From positions 1-36,225 of the IMG/VR virus record IMGVR_UViG_3300039208_000393: a DNA stretch of 36,225 bases. The stretch is one strand, 5' to 3'. Position numbers and translations under genes: made by a program. This stretch comes from a virus. Its lineage: Duplodnaviria > Caudoviricetes. A model generated the notes under the pieces. That model was not told the origin of the DNA. It ran no database searches and saw only the letters and a program-made list of their open reading frames with translations. Positions 35,677 through 36,225 of this stretch are shown here, one piece after another (positions within the stretch are counted from its first letter, which is position 1; the number at the start of each line of letters is the position of its first letter).

Positions 35677-36159
35677 ATGTCTGTTTACATCGGCCCGGGA
35701 AGGATCTCGGGAGGGAAAACCGTCCATGAATTTTCCGGGAAGGATATCGACGAGCTCCGGGAGTATCTCCGGGAGGCCGGGATCAAGTTGACCCGGATCA
35801 GAAAGAAGGGGGGAGTACCGCTCGCAATGATCACATCAGTAGAGGCGAAAATCCTCAAAAGGCTCGGCGCCAAAACGATGACCCGGGAGATTGCCGAGAG
35901 TATTAATCGGTTCTGGACGAACCTCGCCAAGGCGAAAAAGGCGACCGAAAAACCGAAACGCCGGCAGAGCACAAAAGCAAAGAAGAAAACGCCAGGTCGA
36001 CGCAAATCCGAGGCGAAAAAGGTCCTCGAAAAAGGGGAGATAATCAACCGCGTCGCAATGGTCATTACGATACTACTAATTTCAAAGGTCGTGAACAGTG
36101 CGATCGCCCTCGTATGGCGAGCGTTCAAAAAATGGTGGATTACTTATGGCGGATTCTAA
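35677..36159 (+). CDS. DUF4031-like protein with basic linker and C-terminal TM
   Basis: VYI...D.DEL......GI...........GA..MT spacing; AGGAGG SD. Confidence 0.55.
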   Translation: MSVYIGPGRISGGKTVHEFSGKDIDELREYLREAGIKLTRIRKKGGVPLAMITSVEAKILKRLGAKTMTREIAESINRFWTNLAKAKKATEKPKRRQSTKAKKKTPGRRKSEAKKVLEKGEIINRVAMVITILLISKVVNSAIALVWRAFKKWWITYGGF

Positions 36160-36207
36160 AAAGGAATATTCAGCCGAGGCTCAAATCGGACTCGGTTTGT
36201 CAAACCG
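36119..36207. repeat. Terminal direct repeat, copy 2
   Basis: Identical to 1-89. Confidence 0.95.
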
Positions 36208-36208
36208 A

Positions 36209-36225
36209 GATCGTGACTGGGAAAC
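36209..36225 (-). other. Random-PCR/SISPA primer remnant (technical artefact)
   Basis: Reverse complement is GTTTCCCAGTCACGATC, the commonly used random-amplification tag primer. Confidence 0.88.

Noticed and set aside
1-36225. Genome-wide stop-codon reassignment
   Set aside because: Core genes are intact in the standard code, and TGA, TAG and TAA all end tightly packed genes, including many ATGA overlaps.

Overview
The window is an apparently complete, circular tailed-phage (Caudoviricetes, siphovirus-like) genome of about 36,118 bp. Bases 1-89 recur at 36119-36207, followed by a random-PCR (SISPA) primer remnant. Almost all genes are on the minus strand. The early block has a small regulator, YqaJ exonuclease, RecT, a GIY-YIG-like nuclease, RusA, a DUF4373/Lin1244-type replication initiator, a Dam-class methylase and an ASCH-like protein. 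The late block has TerS, TerL, portal, an inserted module of fibre/decoration-like genes, minor head protein, scaffold, N4-gp56-like major capsid, neck, tail tube, a frameshifted tail chaperone, tape measure, distal tail, a large tail-tip protein and two small membrane proteins. A short divergent plus-strand operon (34406 across the join to 690) encodes mostly membrane proteins. I could not recognise an integrase, ParA/ParB, a CI-type repressor or an endolysin. The best candidates for something new are three: (1) a membrane-anchored HTH protein followed directly by a dense TGAG/CTCA repeat and palindrome array, possibly a DNA-membrane tether or partition system for a non-integrating prophage; (2) a predicted antisense small RNA of about 70 nt with its own promoter and terminator, complementary to a leader motif repeated before two early ORFs; (3) TACATGTA iteron-like pairs both inside the initiator gene and 12 kb away in the structural region. 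All family assignments come from motif recognition by eye, not from database searches.
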